Assembly: GCA_036503065.1 (NCBI GenBank) | Contig: DASXXM010000151.1 | Coordinates: 2,539 to 66,538 of the forward strand | DNA from: Pseudonocardiaceae bacterium | GTDB taxonomy: Bacteria > Actinomycetota > Actinomycetes > Mycobacteriales > Pseudonocardiaceae | Length of the DNA stretch: 64,000 nucleotides | Direction: 5' to 3' | Shown here: piece after piece, positions 19,270-28,069 of the stretch | How positions within the stretch are numbered: position 1 is the stretch's first letter | How the letters are laid out: the number at the start of each line of letters is the position of its first letter | Notes under the pieces: model-generated | Seen by the model: only the letters and a program-made list of their open reading frames with translations | Told to the model about the DNA's origin: nothing | Databases searched by the model: none | Made by a program: the position numbers and the translations under genes

Positions 19270-19719
19270 TTGATCCGCAACAGCAGAATCAAGGCGGCCA
19301 TCGCCGCCGTCACGATCCTCGGGGCAACGGGAGCCGCACTGCTCGTCCCCGCCTCCCCCGCGGTCGCCTTCAGTTCCGGCGGCCTGGTACTCGACGTCGC
19401 GATTCAGTCGCCCGCACATCTCCTCGCCAACGGGGCCGCGATCGCCCAGCCCGTCCAATACACCTGCTTCGGCACGAACAATGCCCAGGTAGAGGTGAGC
19501 GTGACCGAACGGGTGAGCGGCGGCGCCATCGCCACCGGCAACGGGATACTGTCCAACCCGGTCTGTACCGGTGAAATCCAGACCACCAAGATCGACATAG
19601 TGGCATCCGGAGCCAGGGCATTCACCAAGGGAAGCGCCTTCGCGACCGCCAGCATCTTCGGCTGCGCCAACTTCTGCGGGAATGAGACCGACAACCGCAC
19701 GATCGCAATCCAGCGCTAG
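19270..19719 (+). CDS. small secreted protein, hypothetical
   Basis: TTG start lies 2 nt after the upstream stop and is preceded by AAGGGAAA. Signal peptide is IRNSRIKAAIAAVTILGATGAALLVPASPAVA/FSS. The mature part has 4 Cys. Confidence 0.55.
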   Translation: MIRNSRIKAAIAAVTILGATGAALLVPASPAVAFSSGGLVLDVAIQSPAHLLANGAAIAQPVQYTCFGTNNAQVEVSVTERVSGGAIATGNGILSNPVCTGEIQTTKIDIVASGARAFTKGSAFATASIFGCANFCGNETDNRTIAIQR

Positions 19720-19744
19720 CATTTCCGGTATGCATTAACCGGCG

Positions 19745-19776
19745 CCGGTCGGGTGGGGTATCGCACACCCGACCGG
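19745..19776. terminator. bidirectional hairpin between convergent genes
   Basis: CCGGTCGGGTG, a 10-nt loop, then CACCCGACCGG. This gives a perfect 11-bp stem. Confidence 0.6.
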
Positions 19777-19843
19777 TCAGGGCTGTGGACGGGCCAACGG
19801 TGCGGGAGGGGTTGGCCTCGAACCCGGTCGACCACCCGAACTC

Positions 19844-20440
19844 CTAACGGAACTCGGCGATCAACTCGTCCGACGCGAGAACGCGGCCGAAGAACCTGCC
19901 GATCACCGATTCGGTCGCGCGCTGCGACGCATCGCTCAGGCCGCCGGTCGCGTCGCCGACGAACACGACCCGGAAGTCGCGCATGTACGCACCGCGCGCC
20001 GTCGAGTCGCAGCAGATCTCGGTGAGCGTGCCGACGATCACGACGGTGTCGATCACGCGCGGCCCGGACACGGTCGCCAGCACGGTTTCCAGGCACGTGT
20101 TGTGGAACGCGTCGTACCGGTGCTTGCGGACCACGACGTCACCGGACTCGGGCGCCAACTCGTCGACGATGCGCGCGCCGTCGCTGCCAGCGCGCAGGCC
20201 CGCCGTCCGCAACACCGGGTTGTAGGCGGTCTCCAGCGGCGAGATGTCGAACGTGTCCAACAGGATGTGCTCGGTGTAGATCACCGGCATGCCGACCGCC
20301 CGGCATGCCGCGACGACACGCCGCATCGTCGGCAACCGGTCCAGCGCCATCGGCACGTGCATGGGATGTCCCGGCAGGACGAAGTCGTTCTGCATGTCGA
20401 TGACGAGCAGCGCCGACCGCCGCGAATCAACCCGCCACAT
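19844..20440 (-). CDS. isochorismatase-family cysteine hydrolase
   Basis: Starts at MWRVDSRRSALLVIDMQNDF. The catalytic Cys context is VIVGTLTEICCDSTARGA. Confidence 0.8.
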   Translation of the reverse strand: MWRVDSRRSALLVIDMQNDFVLPGHPMHVPMALDRLPTMRRVVAACRAVGMPVIYTEHILLDTFDISPLETAYNPVLRTAGLRAGSDGARIVDELAPESGDVVVRKHRYDAFHNTCLETVLATVSGPRVIDTVVIVGTLTEICCDSTARGAYMRDFRVVFVGDATGGLSDASQRATESVIGRFFGRVLASDELIAEFR

Positions 20441-20510
20441 GGCCCACCTCCGGACTATGACGCGCACCGCGGGCGTAGACCAGCGGTCCATGTCAGGCTA
20501 CCCTGACAGC

Positions 20511-21233
20511 ATGAGCAAGGATGTGGACCCGTGGCAGGAGGGTCAGCAGGCGTGGGGACGACTCGCGGGGTGGTCCCGGGACACGCCCGCCGCAACCGGT
20601 CCCCAGGACGATGGTGACCGTGCTTTGACGGCGCTGACCGATATCGGCGTGATCCGGCGATTCCTCGATCAGGTCGAGTTCGAGGCGGTGCGGACCGCGC
20701 GCAGACAGCGCAAGTCATGGTCGGAGATAGCGATCCGGCTGGGCGTGACGCGACAGTCGGCGTGGGAGCGGTGGCGCGACGTGGACGAGGCGGCATCGTC
20801 GACCGGACCGGCATCTGTGCTCGCGACCGAAGCCGACGCGGTGGCACGGGCCCGGCTGGTGTTGGGCGGCTCTCCCACCGGGCCGGACGACGTGAGCATG
20901 CGGGCGCGGGAAATGCGCAGACGCTCGTTCGTGTTGGTGCCCAACGTGGTCGGCATGTCCTGGGACGACGCCCATGCCGCGTTGCAGCGCAGTGGACTCG
21001 TCGCGGTAGGACCGGACCCGGACGGCCCGCCGATGACCGCAACGGGTTGGCCGCAGAGCGTGGTGACCGACCAGAGCCCGGAGTCCGGCGCGACGGTACC
21101 CCCCGGCGCCCACGTGACCCTGTGGGTGGACCGAGGCGGCGGCTCCGGCGTACGCGAACCACGACGCCCCAAGCCGGACCCGAAGACAGGCCGCAAGATG
21201 TGGGACGAGGTAACCGACGAGGCGGTGAGCTGA
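20511..21233 (+). CDS. HTH plus C-terminal PASTA domain protein, no TM segment
   Basis: Starts at MSKDVDPWQEG. The HTH-like segment is SWSEIAIRLGVTRQSAWERW. The PASTA-like segment is VPNVVGMSWDDAHAALQRSGLV...VVTDQSPESGATVPPGAHVTLWV. Confidence 0.7.
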   Translation: MSKDVDPWQEGQQAWGRLAGWSRDTPAATGPQDDGDRALTALTDIGVIRRFLDQVEFEAVRTARRQRKSWSEIAIRLGVTRQSAWERWRDVDEAASSTGPASVLATEADAVARARLVLGGSPTGPDDVSMRAREMRRRSFVLVPNVVGMSWDDAHAALQRSGLVAVGPDPDGPPMTATGWPQSVVTDQSPESGATVPPGAHVTLWVDRGGGSGVREPRRPKPDPKTGRKMWDEVTDEAVS

Positions 21234-21300
21234 CCACCCAGGATGACGCGAATCTCGCACTTGCCATAGCAAACAGCAAATCCGCATCCAACACCCCATC

Positions 21301-21332
21301 GTGCACGGGTGATCAGACAATCACCCGTGCAC
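21301..21332. terminator. hairpin downstream of the PASTA gene
   Basis: GTGCACGGGTGAT, loop cagaca, then ATCACCCGTGCAC. This is a perfect 13-bp stem with no T-tract. Confidence 0.5.
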
Positions 21333-21507
21333 CGCCACCACACCACGCATGCTATAGCAAACAGCACACACAATCACCAAGCATCGCCACAGCACCCGCT
21401 ATAGCAAATAGCATGCAGCAAAATTCGTGCGGCACAACATGACATCCGCCACTGAACAGGTCGGCCGCCTGCCGCCTGCCCTAGTTTCCGCGGATGCCAC
21501 ATGCCAT

Positions 21508-21558
21508 AGCAATCAGCAATCAGCAATCAGCAATCAGCAATCAGCAATCAGCAATCAG
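21508..21558. repeat. heptanucleotide microsatellite (AGCAATC) x7
   Basis: Counted directly in the sequence. Confidence 0.95.
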
Positions 21559-21710
21559 ACGAGCATCGCAGGAGCAGCAGCTATAGCAAATAGCATGCAG
21601 AGGTGTGGGCGATCATGCTATAGCAAATAGCATGCAGCAAATCCGCGTCACAACGTGATGTCCACTGATGGACAGGGCGGCCGCCTGCCTCCCGCGCCCG
21701 GGCGACGCCG

Positions 21711-21754
21711 ATGCCACACATGCCACATGCCACATGCCACATGCCACATGCCAC
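21711..21754. repeat. heptanucleotide microsatellite (ATGCCAC) x6, first unit offset by AC
   Basis: Counted directly in the sequence. Confidence 0.95.
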
Positions 21755-22025
21755 AGCAAATAGTAATCATCCGAGCGTCGCCGCAGGTGCTCACAGAAGG
21801 ACTCGCCGTGGGCGGTCAGTTCGGCGTCCAGCGCGGTCCAGGAACCACGCAGTTCGGGATCGTCGGTACGCGCCGGTCCCGCGATGTCGCCGAACCGGGC
21901 GGACAAGGTCTAGGTGATCATGCTATAGCAAATAGCATGCAGTGAATTCCGCGTCACAACGTGGTGTTCGCTACTGGACAGGACAGGGCAGGGCAGCCGC
22001 CTGCCTCCCGCGCCTGGCGACGCCG

Positions 22026-22053
22026 ATGCCATATGCCATATGCCATATGCCAT
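22026..22053. repeat. heptanucleotide microsatellite (ATGCCAT) x4
   Basis: Counted directly in the sequence. Confidence 0.95.
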
Positions 22054-22162
22054 AGCATGCAGCAATCTCCGGATGTCGCTGCGGAGATGCTATAGCAAAT
22101 AACATACAGCAAATTCGTGCGTCACAATGTCGCGTCCGCTGCTGGCGGGGCGGTTGTCTGTC

Positions 22163-23452
22163 TCACGGGGCGATGGGGGTGGCTGCCGCGCTGGTGGGCG
22201 TTGTTGCCGGTGCCTCGTTCCGTGGTTTGGTCACGATGGGGAGTATCAGGGCGACCGCGGCGATGATCCCGATCGTGGTGAAGGCCACCGTGTAGGACTT
22301 GCCGTTGATCAGGGCGGCGACCAGTAGCGGGCCCGCGACTCCGCCGATGCTCCAGCCAACGATCATCAGACCGTAGACGGCACCGGCGTTGCGCAGCCCG
22401 AAGAAGTCGCCCGCGGTGGCCGGCATCGTGCCGAAACCGCCGCCGTAGCACAGGTACACCAACGCGGTCAGCACCGCGAACAGCACCGCCGACGAGGAGT
22501 GCGGCAGCACCAGGAAGCACACCGCCTGGATACCGAGCATGCACAGGAACGCCACCATCCTGCCGATGTGCGTCGACAGCCAGCCCCAGAAGACCCGGCC
22601 GCCACCGTTGAACAAGCCCATCACGCCCACCAGCGTGGCCGCCGATACCGCGCTGTAACCGGCGATGTCGGAGGCCGCGGTGGCCGCCACCGAGATCAGC
22701 GCGATGCCCGCGGTCACGTTGAGCGTCAGGATCGCCGTGAGCAGGTACCACTGCGGGGTGCGCAGCGCCTCGGTCAGCGAGAAGTCGCGTCCGCTGGACA
22801 CCACGGCGCTGTGGGCCGGCGGGGTCCAGCCGGGCACGGTGTATCCGGCGGGCGGGTTCCGGAAGAACGCCGCACCGACGATCACCATGATCAGGTAGGC
22901 CGCGCCGAGCCAGAGAAACGCCCGGGTGGGCACCTTGGCGTAGTGCGTCACCAGGGCCTGGGCGACCGGCGACGTGATCACCGCGCCGAAGCCGAAGCCG
23001 CCAACCGCGATGCCGGTGATCAGGCCCCGGTGGTCGGGGAACCACTTCTGCAGCATCGCGATGGGCACGATGTAGGCACATCCGAGCCCGAATCCCGCGA
23101 TCACGCCGTATCCGAGTATCAGCAGCCAGAACTGGTTACTACCGCCGGCCAGTCCGGCCAGCAGCACGCCGATCGAATAGATGATCCCGCCGCCCAGCGC
23201 GACCACCCTCGGGCCCCTGGCGTCCTGGATCCGTCCGCCGATGAAGGTGCCGATGAAGACCATGCCGATGGCGACGGAGAACGGCACCGCCGCCGCCGAC
23301 TTGCTCAGCTGGAAGTCGTTTCCGGTGGCGTGCAATGCCTTGGCGAACACGCTCCAGGCGTACACCGCACCAAGGGCGAGCTGCAGCAGGATCGCGGCGG
23401 CCGCGACTCCCCAACGGCGACGGGTCAGATTGTCGGTGGCGGCTGCGGTCAC
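22163..23452 (-). CDS. MFS transporter, oxalate/formate antiporter (OFA)-like
   Basis: 429 aa with 12 TM-like segments. The N-terminal RRRWGVAAAAILLQLALGAVYAWSVF is typical of OFA-type MFS proteins. Confidence 0.8.
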   Translation of the reverse strand: MTAAATDNLTRRRWGVAAAAILLQLALGAVYAWSVFAKALHATGNDFQLSKSAAAVPFSVAIGMVFIGTFIGGRIQDARGPRVVALGGGIIYSIGVLLAGLAGGSNQFWLLILGYGVIAGFGLGCAYIVPIAMLQKWFPDHRGLITGIAVGGFGFGAVITSPVAQALVTHYAKVPTRAFLWLGAAYLIMVIVGAAFFRNPPAGYTVPGWTPPAHSAVVSSGRDFSLTEALRTPQWYLLTAILTLNVTAGIALISVAATAASDIAGYSAVSAATLVGVMGLFNGGGRVFWGWLSTHIGRMVAFLCMLGIQAVCFLVLPHSSSAVLFAVLTALVYLCYGGGFGTMPATAGDFFGLRNAGAVYGLMIVGWSIGGVAGPLLVAALINGKSYTVAFTTIGIIAAVALILPIVTKPRNEAPATTPTSAAATPIAP

Positions 23453-23672
23453 GACCCACGCTCCTTTGCGAGTGCCAGCTGATCACTCCGCAGTATGCCC
23501 GCAACCGCACCCGCAATCCATGCGATCGCGTTGTCGGGCGGCTCCGCTGCGGCGAGCGGCGCCGCCGGCCGGGGGAAGGCCGTCCCGCCAGCCGGTTGCA
23601 CAGCAGGTGACCTGGTGATATCCGTGGATTAGCCCGCTGGGTGGATCGCCGTCAACCGTTACCAGATGGCGG

Positions 23673-23880
23673 TCAGTTGATGCTGAATGCCAGTGCCCCG
23701 AGGCCGCCGTCGACCGTCAGGGTCTGGCCGGTCACGCACGACGCGTCTTCGCTGGCCAGGAAGCTTACGCGGGGCGGCGACCTAGTCAAGTCGAGCGGGC
23801 CGTCGCATCGGCACCCCGCCCTGCGGACCGACGCCTCGAAATGCCCGAGATCACGAGTCCGGTCCGGGTGCGCGCGCCGG
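23673..23880 (-). pseudogene. 3' relic of an SDR gene, paralogous to 24092..24865
   Basis: It ends FLASEDASCVTGQTLTVDGGLGALAFSIN, compared with FLASDGASYVTGQTLTVDGGLAASAFSIT in the intact gene. The DNA of 23673-23790 aligns by eye to 24092-24210. No N-terminal part is present. Confidence 0.7.
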
Positions 23881-23883
23881 ACG

Positions 23884-24099
23884 ATCGCCGATGTGAGTGC
23901 CGTGGCCGACCCGAACACCGGTGTCGCCGTCTTCGACAGCACCTCGTCCGGTGGCTTGTCGGGCTGGTTGGTGTTCGGTGGCACCAGTGTCGCGTCGCCG
24001 CTCATCGCCACCGTGTACGCGTTGGCGGGCAACGCATCCTCGGTCACCTACGCTTCGTTCCCCTACTCACACACGTCCTGGGCACCGCCGGTCAAGTGA
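23884..24099 (+). pseudogene. C-terminal fragment of an S8/S53 serine peptidase
   Basis: ADVSAVADPNTGVAVFDSTSSGGLSGWLVFGGTSVASPLIATVYALAG contains the catalytic-serine motif GTSxAxP. No upstream catalytic Asp/His (or Glu/Asp) region is present. Confidence 0.65.
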
Positions 24100-24865
24100 T
24101 ACTGAATGCCGAGGCCGCGAGACCGCCGTCGACCGTCAACGTCTGACCGGTGACGTACGACGCGCCGTCACTTGCCAGGAATCGAACACAGGCCGCGATC
24201 TCCTCGACCCGACCCGGCCGCCGCATCGGTACCTTCCTGCGGGCCGAATCCTCGAAGTGCCCCACCTCGTGCGTGAGATCCGTTCGAACCAATCCGGGAG
24301 CGACCGCGTTCACCGTGATTCCCTTGGGTGCCATCTCGACAGCCAATGCCCGGGTCAGGCCGGCGAGGCCGGATTTGGCCGCGACGTAATTGGCAACCCC
24401 GGGTAGCGCCTGTTGCGCGAGGATCGACGTAATATTGATGATGCGGCCGTGCCGTGCCCGCACCATCGGACCGAGCGCTCGCGCCGACGCCCGGTAAGCG
24501 GCCGTCAGGTTCACGTCCAGAACCTGATGCCATTCCTTGTCCGCCATCCCGAGCAACAAGCCATCGGCCCGGACACCGGCGTTGTTCACCAGGACCGCCA
24601 CGTGCCCGAAGTATTCTTCCAGTGCGTCGAACGACTGATCTATCGCCTGTGGATCACCCAGGTCACACGCCATCGCGATCGCGGTACCGCCGGACAGTTC
24701 GATATCGGACGCGACCGACTCGGCGGCTTCACGATTCCGTACGAAACCAACCGCCACCGGCCGGCCGGCCGCGGCCAGTTCTCGCGCGATCGCCGCTCCG
24801 ATACCCCGGGAACCGCCGGTCACGAAGGCACAGCCCGCTGATCGGACGTCCTGCGGGTCCACCAC
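24092..24865 (-). CDS. short-chain dehydrogenase/reductase (FabG/BprA-like ketoreductase)
   Basis: 257 aa. Motifs are TGGSRGIGAAIA, NNAG and YVAAKSG (YxxxK). Confidence 0.85.
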   Translation of the reverse strand: MVDPQDVRSAGCAFVTGGSRGIGAAIARELAAAGRPVAVGFVRNREAAESVASDIELSGGTAIAMACDLGDPQAIDQSFDALEEYFGHVAVLVNNAGVRADGLLLGMADKEWHQVLDVNLTAAYRASARALGPMVRARHGRIINITSILAQQALPGVANYVAAKSGLAGLTRALAVEMAPKGITVNAVAPGLVRTDLTHEVGHFEDSARRKVPMRRPGRVEEIAACVRFLASDGASYVTGQTLTVDGGLAASAFSIT

Positions 24866-24881
24866 TGTCTGCTCGCTTTCG

Positions 24882-25502
24882 TCAGGTGATCAGTGGCCAG
24901 AGTTGCTCGGCGGCGGAGCCGCTGTCGACGAAGTGAATGGCATGCCACCCAGCGGCTTCGGCGCCGACGCAGTTGTCAAGCACGTCGTCGATCAGCACGC
25001 ACTCAGCGGGCCGGACCCCTGCCCGTATGGCCGCAAGACTGAAGATCTCCTTGCTCGGCTTGCGAGCGCCCACCTCGAAGGACAGCACCACGTGATCGAA
25101 CAACTCGTCCGCATCGACCATTCGGCGCCAGTACTTGTCCCAGGTCGGGACCATGTTGGACATCATGCTGACACCAACACCCTGATGCCGTACCGCGCGT
25201 AGTGTGTCGATCCATTCCTGATTCGCCGGGCGGCCGTCGAACCACGCCTCGCCGAAACTGCTGACGTGGATGGGCCTGCCCAATGCCTCGGACATGTACC
25301 CCAACCATTCCTGCTCGCCGACCAGTGGGGTGTCCAACGGCTCAAGAATGTCCGACGTGCCATATCGGGCGCTGACCGTCGCCGCGGCACGCAGGAACTC
25401 GCTCCGGTCGAGCCCGTGCGTTGCGCAGAACGCGGCAAGACTGTCCGCGACCGGAGGGGTCAGGACGCCGCCGAAGTCGGTCCACACCGCACTGACGTTC
25501 AT
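24882..25502 (-). CDS. HAD-superfamily hydrolase (possible phosphatase)
   Basis: 206 aa. Motif I is WTDFGGVL; the second Asp of DxD is replaced by Gly. Late motifs are KPSKEIF and LIDDVLDN. ATGA overlap with the AfsA-like gene. Confidence 0.75.
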   Translation of the reverse strand: MNVSAVWTDFGGVLTPPVADSLAAFCATHGLDRSEFLRAAATVSARYGTSDILEPLDTPLVGEQEWLGYMSEALGRPIHVSSFGEAWFDGRPANQEWIDTLRAVRHQGVGVSMMSNMVPTWDKYWRRMVDADELFDHVVLSFEVGARKPSKEIFSLAAIRAGVRPAECVLIDDVLDNCVGAEAAGWHAIHFVDSGSAAEQLWPLIT

Positions 25503-26497
25503 GACTGCGCCAGAATTCGGGTCATGGTCAGCTCGACCTCGGCGACGACGTTGCCGTCCTGCTCGATGACAACGGACATGTCGAGCGAGGAATCATCGGG
25601 AGCGGGCGGCGTGGCGCGAACGGTGACGGTCGAGTCCAGTTCCGCGAATCGCATGAACCTGCCGGCCAGCCTGGTGAGGTGCCAGTCCGCGATCGCGCGG
25701 CCCGATGCGGTCACCGCCGCCAGGGTCAACTGTCGGGCGGCCTCGGTGAGAATCTGCATCGTCACGTGGTCGTACGAATGGTCGAAGAGCGCGCGATTCG
25801 CCAGCGGCAGTGCCACCCGCGCCGACACCTCGCCGGCAGTATGCGCCAGACCCGCCAACACGACATTCAGCCGATCGCGCCTGCCCACCGTGTACGGCGC
25901 GACCAGTTCCGGGTCCCGCTGATCGACCAGGTCGGCCGTCCACGGCGGTGGATCACCCCGCTGCGCGGTACGGAGCAGGTCGAGTTCTTCATAGGCCAGG
26001 AACAAACTGCTGGCCTGCAGGGTGGCGATCTGCTGGCCCTTGACGAAGACCCGCTGCTGGCAGGTACCGGAGCGCGGCCGGCCGCGGCGCACGCGCGTCC
26101 AGGTGAACTCGCTGTCGACGCGCAACCCGATGACCGGGTCGTCACCGCGCCACGTTCCCGGCACGGCAACCCGCAGATCCCAGTCTTCGGTGATCAGCAC
26201 GACGCCCGTGGACACACCCAACTCGTAGGCGGTCGCAAGCCCCGCCTGCCGGCAGACCTCCATCATGAGAAGCGGATCCACCGCCGATTCGCTACCGAGG
26301 TGGTCGTTGAAGTACCGGTGACAGGTCGGCAGTTGCGCGGCAAGTGCGACTCGCCTGTCGCCCAGTGGCCGCACGTCGGTGATGAACACCTCGGAAACCG
26401 CTGCCCGGTGCACCATACGGCGATCGATCGTGCGATCGAAGGACAGCGCGATGTCCTCGTCGAGCTGCCATTCCGCTGCGACGCTGACGTCCGTCAC
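25499..26497 (-). CDS. AfsA/ScbA-family butenolide/gamma-butyrolactone synthase (double hot-dog)
   Basis: GTG start at 26497, 1 nt after the upstream stop. The two AfsA-repeat signatures are MVHRAAVSEVFITDV...CHRYFNDH and FDHSYDHVTMQILTEAARQL. Confidence 0.8.
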   Translation of the reverse strand: MTDVSVAAEWQLDEDIALSFDRTIDRRMVHRAAVSEVFITDVRPLGDRRVALAAQLPTCHRYFNDHLGSESAVDPLLMMEVCRQAGLATAYELGVSTGVVLITEDWDLRVAVPGTWRGDDPVIGLRVDSEFTWTRVRRGRPRSGTCQQRVFVKGQQIATLQASSLFLAYEELDLLRTAQRGDPPPWTADLVDQRDPELVAPYTVGRRDRLNVVLAGLAHTAGEVSARVALPLANRALFDHSYDHVTMQILTEAARQLTLAAVTASGRAIADWHLTRLAGRFMRFAELDSTVTVRATPPAPDDSSLDMSVVIEQDGNVVAEVELTMTRILAQS

Positions 26498-26498
26498 G

Positions 26499-26876
26499 CT
26501 ACGCGCCGCCGAACATGTACAGCGCGGTGATCTTGCCGGCGTCATCGCGGATGAGGAAGTCCCGACCCGTTCGGAGGATGTTGCCGCTGGCGTCCGCGAT
26601 GTCCCACTCCTGCTGGATCGAATCGTGGTTGGTCACCGTGTTACCGAAGCCGAAGACGAAACCCGCCCCTTGGATCTGCTCCTTGTTCACTTGGGCGATG
26701 TTCGCCTCGATCTCGTCGATGCCCGAGAAGCGGAGGTTCTCCCCCGCCACGTGGTGCACGGCGGATTCGGCGAAGACGTTGTGCACCAAGGCATGACGAC
26801 GTTCATCGTCGTGCGTCCGCCAGGCCTCGAGAAGATCACCCATGAGTTCTTTGGCTTCCATTTTCTTTCCTTTCAT
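26499..26876 (-). CDS. NTF2/SnoaL-like fold protein
   Basis: About 125 aa (MKGKKMEAKELMGDLLEAW...). It is a clear paralogue of 27710..28069: they share AVHHV, IDANIAQV/IEANIAQV and GRDFxxxDDxGxIxALYMF. Confidence 0.7.
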   Translation of the reverse strand: MKGKKMEAKELMGDLLEAWRTHDDERRHALVHNVFAESAVHHVAGENLRFSGIDEIEANIAQVNKEQIQGAGFVFGFGNTVTNHDSIQQEWDIADASGNILRTGRDFLIRDDAGKITALYMFGGA

Positions 26877-27298
26877 GTCAGGGCCGAGTAGAACCGCTCC
26901 AGCATCGGTATGTCGGACAGGTGGGTGTCGATGGTGGCGATGCGACCGGACCGGAGCGTGAAGACCAGGGCCAGCCATTCGTCGAGTTCGACGGGCCGTA
27001 CCGCCGTGTTGTGAATGGTCGCGACGATGCTGCGGTAGCCGATGAGCATGTGCTGTGGATCGACCGTAAGCTTGGCGGCATCGATTACCTGAGCCCTGGC
27101 CACCACGGCCTCCCGCCCGACCGCGAGTCCGGAGATCCGCGAATTGCCGGGCAGATACCAGACAACATCCGGATCAAGCAGTTCGGCCACCCGGTCCCAG
27201 TCCTGCCGCCTTGACGCGACCAGCATCTCCGTGACGACGGCGCGGTCTGCCCCAGTCACGATTTCCGTCTCTGTTGCCACGATGGCATCTTGTGACAT
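26873..27298 (-). CDS. NTF2/SnoaL-like fold protein (ketosteroid-isomerase-like)
   Basis: 141 aa with DPDVVWYLPGNSRISG. ATGA overlap with the downstream gene. Confidence 0.65.
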   Translation of the reverse strand: MSQDAIVATETEIVTGADRAVVTEMLVASRRQDWDRVAELLDPDVVWYLPGNSRISGLAVGREAVVARAQVIDAAKLTVDPQHMLIGYRSIVATIHNTAVRPVELDEWLALVFTLRSGRIATIDTHLSDIPMLERFYSALT

Positions 27299-27322
27299 AC
27301 CGGTACCCCTTCGATTCGATTA

Positions 27323-28065
<743 letters not shown>

Positions 28066-28069
<4 letters not shown>

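Larger units (their letters stand above)
21262..22145. repeat. AT-rich array of a hairpin-forming 21-mer within 4 to 5 copies of a larger composite repeat
   Basis: The exact 21-mer GCTATAGCAAATAGCATGCAG occurs at 21398, 21580, 21617 and 21922. Variants start at about 21262, 21347, 21501, 21755, 22047 and 22087. The copies at 21398, 21617, 21922 and 22087 are each followed by a related block of about 70 nt (CAGCAAATYCGYG..CACAAYRTG...GGCCGCCTGCC). Confidence 0.9.

Noticed and set aside
21427-21945. Cys/His-rich small ORFs (21427..21630, 21655..21945) as repeated RiPP precursor peptides
   Set aside because: The Cys/His-rich stretches (CHTCHMPHATCHMP, SNQQSAISNQQ) are simply 7-nt microsatellites read through three frames. 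There are no convincing RBSs, GC3 is poor, and there are no nearby maturation enzymes. This remains only a remote alternative under the repeat finding.
21262-22145. CRISPR array
   Set aside because: Repeat spacing is irregular (35-300 nt). The inter-repeat segments are homologous to each other rather than unique spacers. The tandem parts are 7-nt microsatellites, and no cas genes are present in the window.
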